In this document: positions 51,075 to 63,405 of the stretch, piece after piece
Numbering within the stretch: position 1 is the first letter of the stretch
Layout of the letters: each line of letters starts with the position of its first letter
NCBI RefSeq assembly: GCF_026626665.1
Contig: NZ_JAPNKE010000002.1
Span: 3,693,168 to 3,757,167 of the forward strand
DNA from: Nannocystis pusilla
Lineage (GTDB): Bacteria > Myxococcota_A > Polyangia > Nannocystales > Nannocystaceae
DNA: 64,000 nt
Direction of reading: 5' to 3'
The notes under the pieces: generated by a model
The model's input: the letters and a program-made list of their open reading frames with translations, nothing else
What the model was told of the DNA's origin: nothing
The model's database searches: none
Translations under genes and position numbers: made by a program

Positions 51075-52487
51075 GATCACCAATCGGCGCCGGAGGACCG
51101 GGTCGAAGGGGCGCTCAGCCCCGCAGCTCCACGAGGTTCGCAACGAACGCTCGTGCGCGGATGGAGGAGGTTCTCGGGCAGGGACGGCGCGTCGGCGTGA
51201 TCATGAGGAATGAACGTCGGTGCGGAGGCATCAAAATGCATGGAGTCCAGGGATTGCGAGCGAGGACGTCCTCCGACGATCGCTCGCAGCAGCAGAGGCG
51301 GCTGACTATAACAGACGGCCGTCCGCCGCCGCCAGCCGTGAATCGCAGCGGCGGCCGCTCCGCCCGGCGGAGCGAGCGCCGCGCCGCAAGGCGACTATGA
51401 TCATAGCGCGCCCGCCGATCGCCCTGCGTCCGCGAATGGCCGACCCTCTCGCAAGTAGCGACGATCGGTCGCAGCCTCGACGCCCCGGCCATGCACCAGC
51501 ATCAATCTCCGCGATCTCACGCCGCGCGGGCACGGGGGCCCGTCACCGGCGTCTCTTGCCGGCATTCGCCCCCCATTCGCCGCTGCCGCCTCCCGGCACA
51601 TTCACCTCCGCAGAGCCCGCTGGTTCGCCGGTCCGCGCGCCGCCGGAGCCCCCCAATTACATCCTACCGGGTCCTGCGAGCACGACCGGAAATCCCCCAC
51701 CTGCGCGGGCATTTGCCAGGTTGACCGCTGTCCCCGGGCCAATTAGCCCAGTGTGATGTCCCCCCGCAACGAGCAAACCCGGCAGCGCTCCGGGACGAGA
51801 CTATCGTCTGCAACTTGACGTATCAAACCCGGCGCTTCCTGGTGCTCCGCGGCGACCTCGAGCTGGCCGGCATCGATCGGGCGCTGCAGCCGCGCTCGCA
51901 GATCGAGGCGAGGTTCGACTCTCTGTGGCAGACGGCGCTCGAGCCGGCGCTGCGGGCCGGTCTCGAGCTCACGTTCGCCGAGCGATGCGGCGCCTCGCCG
52001 CCGCTCGTGGCGCTACGAGAATCGCAGCCATGGCGACCGCCGATTGCCCGCCGCTCTCGCTCTTCGCGGCGACGCGCTGCGGTGATTCCACGCCACCCGG
52101 AGCGCCCCTCGCTCGGCGTCGCCGAATGCTCGCCCTCACCGAGCGTCGCGATACGTCGATTCGTAAGCGTTCGCTCTACCGCGTCGTGATGCTGGCGCAT
52201 CTTGATTTATATCTCATGTGTGAGCACCGAATCTGCCTTCACCCCGCTGGCCCCGTGCTGGCTGGGGCTCGCGTTGTGGTCACCGACCCTGCTTACGGGC
52301 CATCCGCGCGGGATCCCCGAAGAAGAAATCGAGGATATCTGCGACGGCCTGTTCGGCCGTATCCCACGCGTGTACGAAATCTCCTGGTCCCGGCCCAGAC
52401 TCCCAGTCTTCGGAGCTGACGATCCACTGGCCGCTCGCGCGGTGCAGCACGAGCGATGGTGCGTCACACACCGGCCCGTCGAGCCGC

Positions 52488-52745
52488 CTGGAGCTGCCGA
52501 TCGAGCGCGGCCTCGCCGGCCCCGGCCTCCTCGCCGACACGATCGTCCATCGCTGGCAAGACCACCTGCCCGCGAACCGCCTCGAGGCGCTCTACGCCCG
52601 CGACGGCCTCCAGCTCGCGCGCTCGACGATCTGCGGCTGGCACGAGCAGCTCGCCGACCTCGTCGAGGCGCGCTGGCGGCTGTTGGCGGCGAGCGGGGTG
52701 TCGCTGGAGCAGGCCGCGCTCGAGATCGGCGTGGCAGTGGTCGAG
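52488..52745 (+). mobile_element. degenerate internal fragment of an IS66-family transposase
   Basis: Frame-3 translation PIERGLAGPGLLADTIVHRWQDHLPANRLEALYARDGLQLARSTICGWHEQLADLVEARW matches the conserved IS66 TnpC core (P-x-ERG-x-AGPGLLA...LPLYRQ...RSTLA.W). There is no intact ORF on either side. Confidence 0.5.
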
Positions 52746-53119
52746 TTGCGCGCGTGGTCACGAAGCGCGGAGGGCGAGGCGAGGTGGAGAAGGAGCGCCG
52801 GCAATTCGAGGCGATCGTCGGGGCGCACGTGCGCGAGGGACTACCGAGTCCATGGGACTGTCTGGCGGCGACGATGGCGAGCAGCTGGGCCGCCCTCTCC
52901 CGCGGCAGGGCGATCTCGATCGAGACGGTGTACTTCATGGTGGAGCGCTCCAGGTTCTCACGCGGACCCTCTACGACTCAGGCACTTGACCCGGTGCGGG
53001 AATTACGGCATGAAACTTCTTAAGCACAAGACAAGACAAACCGGTTCACCTTCAAGTGACCCATAAACAGGGCATGCCGGTTCCGGCCCCGAAACAGACA
53101 TTGAAGAAAGCAGGATAAG

Positions 53120-53374
53120 ATGAATATTGATCAAATGATCGAGGCGGCAGTCCACGTCAATGAACTGCAAAGATTTCAAAACTATTATCTGATTAATTTT
53201 TACGGCGGTTCTATCGGATGGCCGATGAGAGTGCCGGCCGACTATAGTGATGGCTACTGCAACATACGAGCCGAACCGGGTGAATGGGCGAGAGACGATC
53301 AGCGCCTCCAATGGCGCTTCAACGATGCGCAAGGCCTGCATCGGGCCCTAATTATCCGGGGCTTAAACCTGTGA
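53120..53374 (+). CDS. hypothetical small protein A (84 aa) in a low-GC island
   Basis: RBS aagcAGGAtaag then ATG. Local GC is roughly 45-50% against ~70% in the flanks. No recognisable domain. Confidence 0.4.
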   Translation: MNIDQMIEAAVHVNELQRFQNYYLINFYGGSIGWPMRVPADYSDGYCNIRAEPGEWARDDQRLQWRFNDAQGLHRALIIRGLNL

Positions 53375-53688
53375 CAGTTGTAAGCAGGTTCAACGCTGTG
53401 TTCGCGTTCCAGGATGATACGACTACCGAGGATATCGCTTTTCCATTTTATAGAATAAAGGGGCACTCTGGCTTGAATGCCGCGTTCGAGGATCGCGCCA
53501 ACTTTGGGCTTGTGCCGGTCGAGGAAACGAAATGGTTCAATATAATCTCCTTGGCGACTTTCAACGGATCGCCAACATTTATCAGTTGTGGCCCCAAAAA
53601 TGAGCCGAGCGTCTGGGCTGAGCCGGAATCATGGGCCAAGAAAGGTGTCAGCGACCTGCGATGGATCGCCGTCCCCGCGACGGAGTAG
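53371..53688 (+). CDS. hypothetical small protein B (105 aa), GTGA-coupled to protein A; alternatively A+B are one gene with a frameshift
   Basis: GTG 53371 overlaps the TGA 53372-74 of gene A. Low-GC composition continues to 53688. W/F-rich, beta-strand-like sequence. Confidence 0.35.
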   Translation: MTVVSRFNAVFAFQDDTTTEDIAFPFYRIKGHSGLNAAFEDRANFGLVPVEETKWFNIISLATFNGSPTFISCGPKNEPSVWAEPESWAKKGVSDLRWIAVPATE

Positions 53689-54421
53689 ATATGCACAGCC
53701 AAATCCGGTCCGAGCCTAGGTGTTCGATGCCGGGGTTTGAGCGCCTGCGCGTGCTTGCGCAGCAGGTCCGCGACCCTGCGCGCCGACCACGACAGCCTCC
53801 GCACCAGCTCGGCGACCTCGGCCTCGACCTCAATTTGCTCGTCGCGCTCGACGCCCTGCTCCCGCCGCCCCGAGTTGGCCGTCGCGTCAGCACCAAAGCG
53901 ATGCGGTTGCTTTCCGGCGGCCTGGTCACTCATGGTTCACCTATTCTCCGCAGGCCCGTCGCCGCGCAACCAGCGCACAATGCGTGCAACCGGTTCACGC
54001 ATCAGATCCTCGTCGTCGTCCATCTTCGAACCTCCGAGGCGCTTGGTAGCGCCTCGAGGCCGAGCCCGTCACGACGCGGTTCGCCGCACGCTTACGTCGA
54101 TTCGACACCCAAGTCCACGCGTCGGATGCGCCTCGCTGCTATTTGCCTGCGCCACCTCGCGGCGACGAGCCCGCGCACCTGAAGATGCGGCGTTCCGCGT
54201 GCATCCACGCCGATTCGCCGCTCGTCCAGGCGACGATTGCTCGCGCCCATTGCGGCGTCTCCGCTCGCCTGCCGCCGATTCGCCGCTCCCGACGACGCCG
54301 CGATGCATCGCCTCGCGGCCGGCCGCCCGCGCGGCCGGCCCCGTGCTGCCGTGCAAGCAGGCGGCCCCGGCACCGCGCGAGGAGAAGCCGGTGCTCGCGC
54401 GATGGAGGTCCGCCGACGCAC

Positions 54422-54817
54422 TCAGCGCTGGCGATGCCCGCCGCCCTGCCCGCCGCGCTCGCGCTGTTGCGACGCTTGCGACGAGCGGCGCTCACGCTCC
54501 TCGTCCGAGCTGCGGCTCTCCTCGCCGCGGCCCTCGCCGGTGCGGCGGCCGCCGTGCGACGCGTGGCCGCCCTTGGCGCCGATCTCGGCCATGTGCTCGC
54601 GGTCCTGGCTGACCGCCTCGCCGCCCTTGCGGCCGGCCTCGCGCGCCTCCTCGGACGTGAACTCGTGCGCGGTGCCCTTCTCGTGGGCGGCGTGACCGCC
54701 CTTGCTTGCGATCTCGCGTTGTTTGTCCTCGTCCATCCCGGCGAAGCCGCGCCCACCCCCGCGCTGGCCCTTGGTCTCGCCCTTGTTCTCGTTGCGGTTG
54801 TCGTCCCTGGTAGGCAT
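54422..54817 (-). CDS. KGG-repeat stress-induced protein (YciG/Con-6-like)
   Basis: MPTRDDNRNENKGETKGQRGGGRGFAGMDEDKQREIASKGGHAAHEKG...GAKGGHASHGG with repeated KGG motifs. Length checks against the ORF track. Confidence 0.7.
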   Translation of the reverse strand: MPTRDDNRNENKGETKGQRGGGRGFAGMDEDKQREIASKGGHAAHEKGTAHEFTSEEAREAGRKGGEAVSQDREHMAEIGAKGGHASHGGRRTGEGRGEESRSSDEERERRSSQASQQRERGGQGGGHRQR

Positions 54818-55084
54818 GACGTCCTCGTATTTCCTGGCGCGGCGCGCCGGACTCGGACATCGGAGACCTGGCGCGACCGCATTGCGCGGAGTATGGCGCG
54901 CTACCGCGCCGGGACAAGCTCGACTATGACGATTTGCCGGACGCGGCGAATGACAGTACTCCCCAGTTCGCCCGATTTGCGGAGGCCGAGGGCGGTGGAC
55001 CGCAGGCGCCGGCCCCGGCGGGGGCGGATGACCGAGGGAAACTCCCAGGGTTGCCGAGCGTGCGGACCCGACCATACCTGGGAC

Positions 55085-56251
55085 ATGAGAGCCGGTCTCG
55101 AAGGTATGTTGAACGACATGGATCGGCCTCTGCCGGCGCAGACCAGCGCCGCCGGCCATCCGATCCTGTGGGTCTCGCAGCTCGCCTGGGACGCCATCCC
55201 CCGGCGCCTGCGGCACCTCCTGTGTCGCGGCGCGCGGCAACGGCGCGTCGTCTTCGTCGAGGCCGTGGTGCCGACCGCCGGCCCGCCGCGGATGGACTTC
55301 GATCACCGCGAAGGACTGGTGGTCGCCACTCCCTTCGTGCCCCGCGGCTTGACCGGCGACGAGGCGACCGGCCTCCTGCGCGGCCTGCTCGACGGCGTCG
55401 TCCGCGACCTCGGCCTCGGGGGCTTCGTCCTCTGCCACGATTCGCCGCGGGCCATGGCCGCCTGCCGCCTCAAGCCGGTCGCCACCATCTACTACGATTG
55501 CCCCGGCGGGCCGCGGTCGCCGCTCGAGGGCGACGAGGCCCTGCGGGAGGAGGCCCTGCGCCGGGCGGACGCCGTGTTCGTCGACGCCGGCCACGACCCG
55601 CTCGGCCCCGAGTTCGGCCCGGCCACTCACCTCCTGCCGAGCGGGGTCGACCTGGCGCACTTCGCCCGCGCCCGCGCCGGCGGCCCCGACCCGGCCGATC
55701 AGCGCGACATCCCCCACCCCCGCCTCGGCTTCTACGGCGCCCTCGACCGCGACGTCGACCTCGACCTCCTGGTCGCCGTCGCCGACCTGCGGACCGACTT
55801 CCACATCGTCCTCATCGATCACGACGGCGGCCCCGATCGGCCGCGCCTGCCCGCCCGGCCCAACATCCACGAGCTCGGGCCCAAGCCCTACGCCGAGCTG
55901 CCGGCCTACCTCGCCGGCTGGGACATCGCCCTCCTGCCCTTCAACCACGAGGCCGCCCTCCGCCGCGCCAAACCGTCCCAGACCCTCGAGTACCTGGCCG
56001 CCGGCAAGCCGGTGGTGGCCACCCCGCTGCGCGACGTCATCAACCCGTACGCCATCCAGGGCATGGTCTCGATCGCCGAGGGCGCCGAGGACTTCGTGAT
56101 CGCCGTCCAGTGCGAGCTCCACCGCGCCGACCGGCGCCGCTGGCTGCAGCGCGTCGACACCAGCCTGCGCGGCAGCTCGTGGGACGACACCTGGGGCGTC
56201 ATGGAGGCCGTGCTGACGCGCCTCGTCGCCCCGCCCGTCGCCACGCCCTGA
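55085..56251 (+). CDS. glycosyltransferase (GT1/GT4-like, C-terminal Rossmann domain recognisable)
   Basis: ...HPRLGFYGALDRDVDLDLLVAVA...LLPFNHEAALRRAKPSQTLEYLAAGKPVVATPL.... The start is uncertain (ATG 55085 or 55109). Confidence 0.6.
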   Translation: MRAGLEGMLNDMDRPLPAQTSAAGHPILWVSQLAWDAIPRRLRHLLCRGARQRRVVFVEAVVPTAGPPRMDFDHREGLVVATPFVPRGLTGDEATGLLRGLLDGVVRDLGLGGFVLCHDSPRAMAACRLKPVATIYYDCPGGPRSPLEGDEALREEALRRADAVFVDAGHDPLGPEFGPATHLLPSGVDLAHFARARAGGPDPADQRDIPHPRLGFYGALDRDVDLDLLVAVADLRTDFHIVLIDHDGGPDRPRLPARPNIHELGPKPYAELPAYLAGWDIALLPFNHEAALRRAKPSQTLEYLAAGKPVVATPLRDVINPYAIQGMVSIAEGAEDFVIAVQCELHRADRRRWLQRVDTSLRGSSWDDTWGVMEAVLTRLVAPPVATP

Positions 56252-56377
56252 GCTGCGTCGCCTGCGCGCGCCCCCGGCCACGCCGGCTCCAGTATCGCCG
56301 CGCGGCGAGCCGAACCCCGCGCGGTCGCTCGTTCGCGCCGCACCGCCGCCCGTCACGCCGCGCAGCGCGCAGCCGCC

Positions 56378-56712
56378 TGCTCGCATTCCCGGGCCGCCTG
56401 CCCGCATTGCGCCAGCGCCCCTCCGCGATGCGTGGCACGCCCTCCTGCTCGCATTCCGGGCCCGCCTGCTCGAATCGCAGTCCGCCTGCCCGCATTGCCG
56501 TTCCGTCTGCTCGCATCGCAGTCCTGCCTGCCCGCATTGCAGTTCGCCTGCTCGCATCGCAGTTCCGCCTGCCCGCATCGCAGATCCGTCTGCTCGCATC
56601 GCAGTCCTGCCTGCCCGCATTGCAGTTCCGCCTGCTCGCATCGCAGTTCCGCCTGCCCGCATCGCAGTTCCGCCTGCCCGCATCGCAGTTCCGCCTGCTC
56701 GCATCGCGTTCG
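56378..56712. repeat. ~16 tandem copies of a degenerate 21-bp unit (CGCCTGCCCGCATCGCAGTTC and variants) in the intergenic region upstream of gene 56857
   Basis: Direct repeats seen in the sequence. No spacers and no intact ORF with coding-like composition. Confidence 0.7.
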
Positions 56713-56856
56713 TGCGCCGCCTACGCCGAGGCATTCGCCGCCAGCGAGGCCATGCACGCGGCTTGTGGCTCGCGCGCCGCGGCGCCGATCGAGTCGCACG
56801 AATGGTGGCCCCCGCGGGCGATTCGTTCAAAGACCTGCGCGACCGGAGGATTCATC

Positions 56857-57393
56857 ATGAACGAGAACAAGCGCAATCAAGAGCCCCTGAGCGACCTCGC
56901 CTACGATTGGGTCACCATCATCCAGCACAAATCGGAGGCCCTCCGCGCCTACGAGCAGTACATTCAGGACGCTCAGCAGGCGAACTCACCCGAGTGCGTC
57001 GAGCTCATGCAGCAGATCTACGAACAGGACGCCCGGCACATCGAGCAGGCCACCCGCCACCTCACCGAGGTCCTGCGCAGCGGCCGGATGGGCCGCACCC
57101 AGGGCGAGAGCCAGACCAGCCAGGGCGAGGCCGGCCGCATGGGCCAGACGAGCGGCCAGAGCGGTCGCGCAGGCATGAGCCAGGGCGAGCGGAGCGGCGC
57201 AGGCACCAGCCAGGCCGCCAGTCAGGGCCGCATGGGCGGCATGAACCAGGGCGAGGGCGGCCAGGGCCGCATGGGCCAGACGAGCGGCCAGGGCGGCATG
57301 TCCGGCGGCAGCGGCATGACCCAGGGCGAGAACCCCCGCGAGTCGATGCAGGGCGAGTCGAGCGAGCGACGCGGCCAGCGGAACCCCCGCTAG
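56857..57393 (+). CDS. hypothetical protein: helical N-domain plus Gly/Gln/Met-rich low-complexity repeats (GRMGQTSGQ...)
   Basis: RBS ggagga with 6-nt spacing then ATG 56857. The N-terminus LSDLAYDWVTIIQHKSEALRAYEQYIQDAQQ looks like a ferritin-like/four-helix stress protein. Confidence 0.5.
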   Translation: MNENKRNQEPLSDLAYDWVTIIQHKSEALRAYEQYIQDAQQANSPECVELMQQIYEQDARHIEQATRHLTEVLRSGRMGRTQGESQTSQGEAGRMGQTSGQSGRAGMSQGERSGAGTSQAASQGRMGGMNQGEGGQGRMGQTSGQGGMSGGSGMTQGENPRESMQGESSERRGQRNPR

Positions 57394-57580
57394 GATTCGT
57401 CCCCAGCGGACTGGACCGCATGCACCCATTCCTCCTCGAGCGCATGATGCGCTCGCGGCGGATGGCAGACACGACAATGACTGACGAATGTGTAAACCGG
57501 ATCACTAATCCGGCACCTCATTCTCATGGTTCACGATTTGCCTTGCCCAGGGCCCGCGAGGATGAACTATAAGCGTCACC

Positions 57581-58625
57581 TTGACGAGAGCAGACCCCAC
57601 GGCCTCGCGCGACATCGTCGTGATGGGGGCGTCCGCCGGCGGCCTCACCGCGTTGTTCGACATCGTGCGGGGGCTGCCGCGCGATTTCCCGGCCGCGGTG
57701 TTCGTGGCGATGCACATGTCGCCCGACAATCCGGGCGTGCTGTCGGATCTGCTGGGGCGCGTCGCCGCGTTGCCGACCGCGCTGGCTGAAGACCGTCAGG
57801 CGATCGAGCGCGGCCGGATCTACATCGCCCGCCCCGATCACCACCTGCTCGTCAAGCGGGCCTACGTGCGGGTCACTCGCGGCCCCAAGGAGAACGGCTT
57901 CCGCCCCGCGGTCGACCCGTTGTTCCGCAGCGCCGCGCTGGCCTACGGCGCGCGCGTCATCGGCGTCGTGCTCTCGGGCGGCCTCAACGACGGCACCGAG
58001 GGCCTGCTGCGGATCACCGAGGCGGGCGGCCTGGCGATCGCCCAGGACCCGGCCGAGGCCACCATCCCCAGCATGCCGCTCAGCGCCATCCAGAACGTCG
58101 AGGTCCACAGCGTGCTGCAGGCCGCCGCGATCCCGGGGCTGCTGAGCCAGCTCGTCCTGCAGTCCGTGGCCGACCCCAACGCGCTCGGCGCTCCCGAGGT
58201 CGAGGACAGCGCCGAGACCGGGCGCGCCCTGCAGCAGAGCCAGCCGGTCGGCGCCCGCTCGCCGTACACCTGCCCCGAGTGCGGCGGCGCCCTGTGGGAG
58301 CTCGCCGACGGCGAGAAGCTGCTGAAGTTCCGCTGTCACGTCGGCCACGCCTTCACCGCCGAGGTGTTGCTGGCCGAGCAAGGCTCCAAGCTCGAGGGCG
58401 CGCTGTGGGGCGCCCTGCGGGCCCTCGAGGAGAACGCCGCCCTGTACCGCCAGCAAGCCGCCCGCACCGGCTCGGCCGGCTTTTTGGCCCTGTCGCGGCA
58501 GTACGGCGAGAGCGCCGCCGAGATCGAGGAGTACGCCGCCACCCTGCGGCCGCTGCTGCACCGGACCTCCGTGCAGTTGACCCCGCCCGCTCCGACCGCG
58601 CCTCCGCCCGAATCACCGGAAGGAA

Positions 58626-58636
<11 letters not shown>
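57581..58636 (+). CDS. stand-alone CheB-type methylesterase domain protein with a C-terminal zinc-ribbon-like extension (CPECGGALWE...FRCHVGH)
   Basis: IVVMGASAGGL...AVDPLFRSAA...GVVLSGGLNDG. No receiver domain. Confidence 0.75.
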
Positions 58637-61714
<3,078 letters not shown>

Positions 61715-61718
<4 letters not shown>

Positions 61719-63310
61719 CCGACCGCGCTCCCCTCGACGACGGCGCCCTCCTCCGCGCCGAGGTCGTGCGGCTCACCGCGCTGCTCGCCGACACCGACGA
61801 GCACCACCACCGCCTGCGCGACGCCCTCATCGTCCGCAGCGAGACGCTCGAGGGCCATGTCCAGGCCCTCGAGTCCCTGCTCGACTGGTACGCCGACCTC
61901 TACGAGCACGCCCCGATCGCCTACCTCGCCCTCGACGGCAACGGCGTGGTGCGCGAGGTCAACCTCACCGGCGCCACGCTGCTCGGCATCGAACGCCTGC
62001 GCCTGATCGGCCGCCCGCTGCGCCTGCACGTCGTCCTGCGCGACCGCCGGAAGTTCCTCGATCACATGCTGCGCTGCCGCCGGGAGACCGAGCCCGTCGT
62101 CACCGAGCTCGAGATCGAGGCCCGGCGCCGCGTCGTCCCGGTCCAGCTGATCAGCCGCCGCTCGGCCGTCGCCGGCGAGGCCGGCACCTACTTCCGCACC
62201 GCCGTGTTCGACCTGACCGAGCGCCGACGCGCCGACTCGGCCCTGCGCCTCGAGCACGAGCGCCTCGGCCTGGCGCTGGTCGCCTGCGGCGCCGGCCTCT
62301 ACGACTACTCGTGGCCGGCGGCCGAGCTGACCCCGAGCGAGCGCTGGTGGCAGCTCGTGGGTCGCCCGCCCGGCGAGCCGCCCCAGGGCGCCGCGCTGTG
62401 GCAGTGGTTCCAGGCCCGGATCGTCCCCGAAGATCGGGCCGCCCGCGACGACGCCCACGCCCGCTTCGTCGCCGGCGAATCGACCGCCTACGCCGCCGAA
62501 TTCCGCCTCCTGCGCCACGACCGGCCCCCCGTGTGGCTGCGCGAGCTGAGCCGCGCCGCCGAGCGCAGCCCCGACGGCCAGGCGCACCACGTCGTCGGCG
62601 TGCTGATGGACATCTCCGCCGAGAAGCAGCGCATCGAGGCCGCCGCCCACCAGACCGCGCTGCTGCGCGACCTCTCCGCGGCGCTGTTCCGCGTCGAGGA
62701 GAACGAGCGGCGCGAGCTCGCCACCCTGCTGCACGACGTCCTCGGCCAGCAGCTCGTCGCCGCCCGCCTGCAGCTCGGCGCGCTGAGGCCGACCGCAGGC
62801 GACGCCGACACCGTGCGCGAGGTCGTCGCCCTCCTCGACGACGCCCACCAGGCGGTCCGCTCGGTCACCTTCCAGCTGCGCCCGCCGATCTTGCAGGACC
62901 TCGGCCTGGTCGCCGGCCTGCGCTGGCTGGCCCGCGAGACCTCGGCGCAGTTCAAGCTGCCGATCGCCGTGATCGCCGAGGACACCCTGCCGCGCCTCGC
63001 CGGCGATCCCGAGTACCTGCTGTTCCGCTGCGTCCGCGAGCTGCTGCTCAACGTCGTCAAGCACGCCGAGGCCACCGCGGCCCGCGTCGAGGTCGGCGGC
63101 GACGAGGACGACACCCTCGTGATCCGCGTCAGCGACGACGGCAAGGGCTTCGACCCGCCGCGCCTCGCCGCCGACCGCCCGGAGAGCCGCAGCTTCGGCC
63201 TCCTCAGCGTGCGCGAGCGAATCATGGGCCTCGGCGGCCACGTACACATCGACAGCGCCCCCGGCCAGGGCACCCGCGTCGAGCTGCACGTCCCGCTCGC
63301 CGACAGCTGA
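61715..63310 (+). CDS. PAS/PAC sensor histidine kinase of the NarL-partner type (HisKA_3 + HATPase_c)
   Basis: GTG overlaps the upstream TGA. Two PAS-like regions. H-box RRELATLLHDVLGQQL. ATPase ...GKGFDP...GLLSVRERIMGLGGHV. Confidence 0.8.
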
Positions 63311-63405
63311 TCGTCAAGGCCGCCTCGCGCTGCGCGTCCTGTTCGCCGACCGCCGCTCGTCACGACGGCGGCGAGCTGCCCATCCCGCTCGCCGCCGTCG
63401 GCTCG

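Noticed and set aside
47971-51200. 1024-aa minus and 895-aa plus ORFs across the beta-lactamase and ABC transporter loci
   Set aside because: They are alternative-frame read-throughs. The genuine genes show Walker A/B, an ABC signature and an SxxK motif.
52280-52540. Small minus-strand ORF (..ASGQWIVSSEDWESGPGPGDFVHAWDTAEQAVADILDFFFG..) next to the IS66 fragment
   Set aside because: It has no start-site support and is interrupted by frame changes. It may be a remnant of disrupted cargo but is too weak to annotate.
56378-56712. Possible CRISPR array: regular 21-bp repeats
   Set aside because: The repeats are directly adjacent with no unique spacers. The unit is shorter than CRISPR repeats and no cas genes are nearby. 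It is a simple tandem minisatellite.
54422-56830. 802-aa minus ORF
   Set aside because: Only the last 131 codons (the KGG protein, from ATG at 54817) look real. The upstream part is antisense to the GT gene at 55085-56251.
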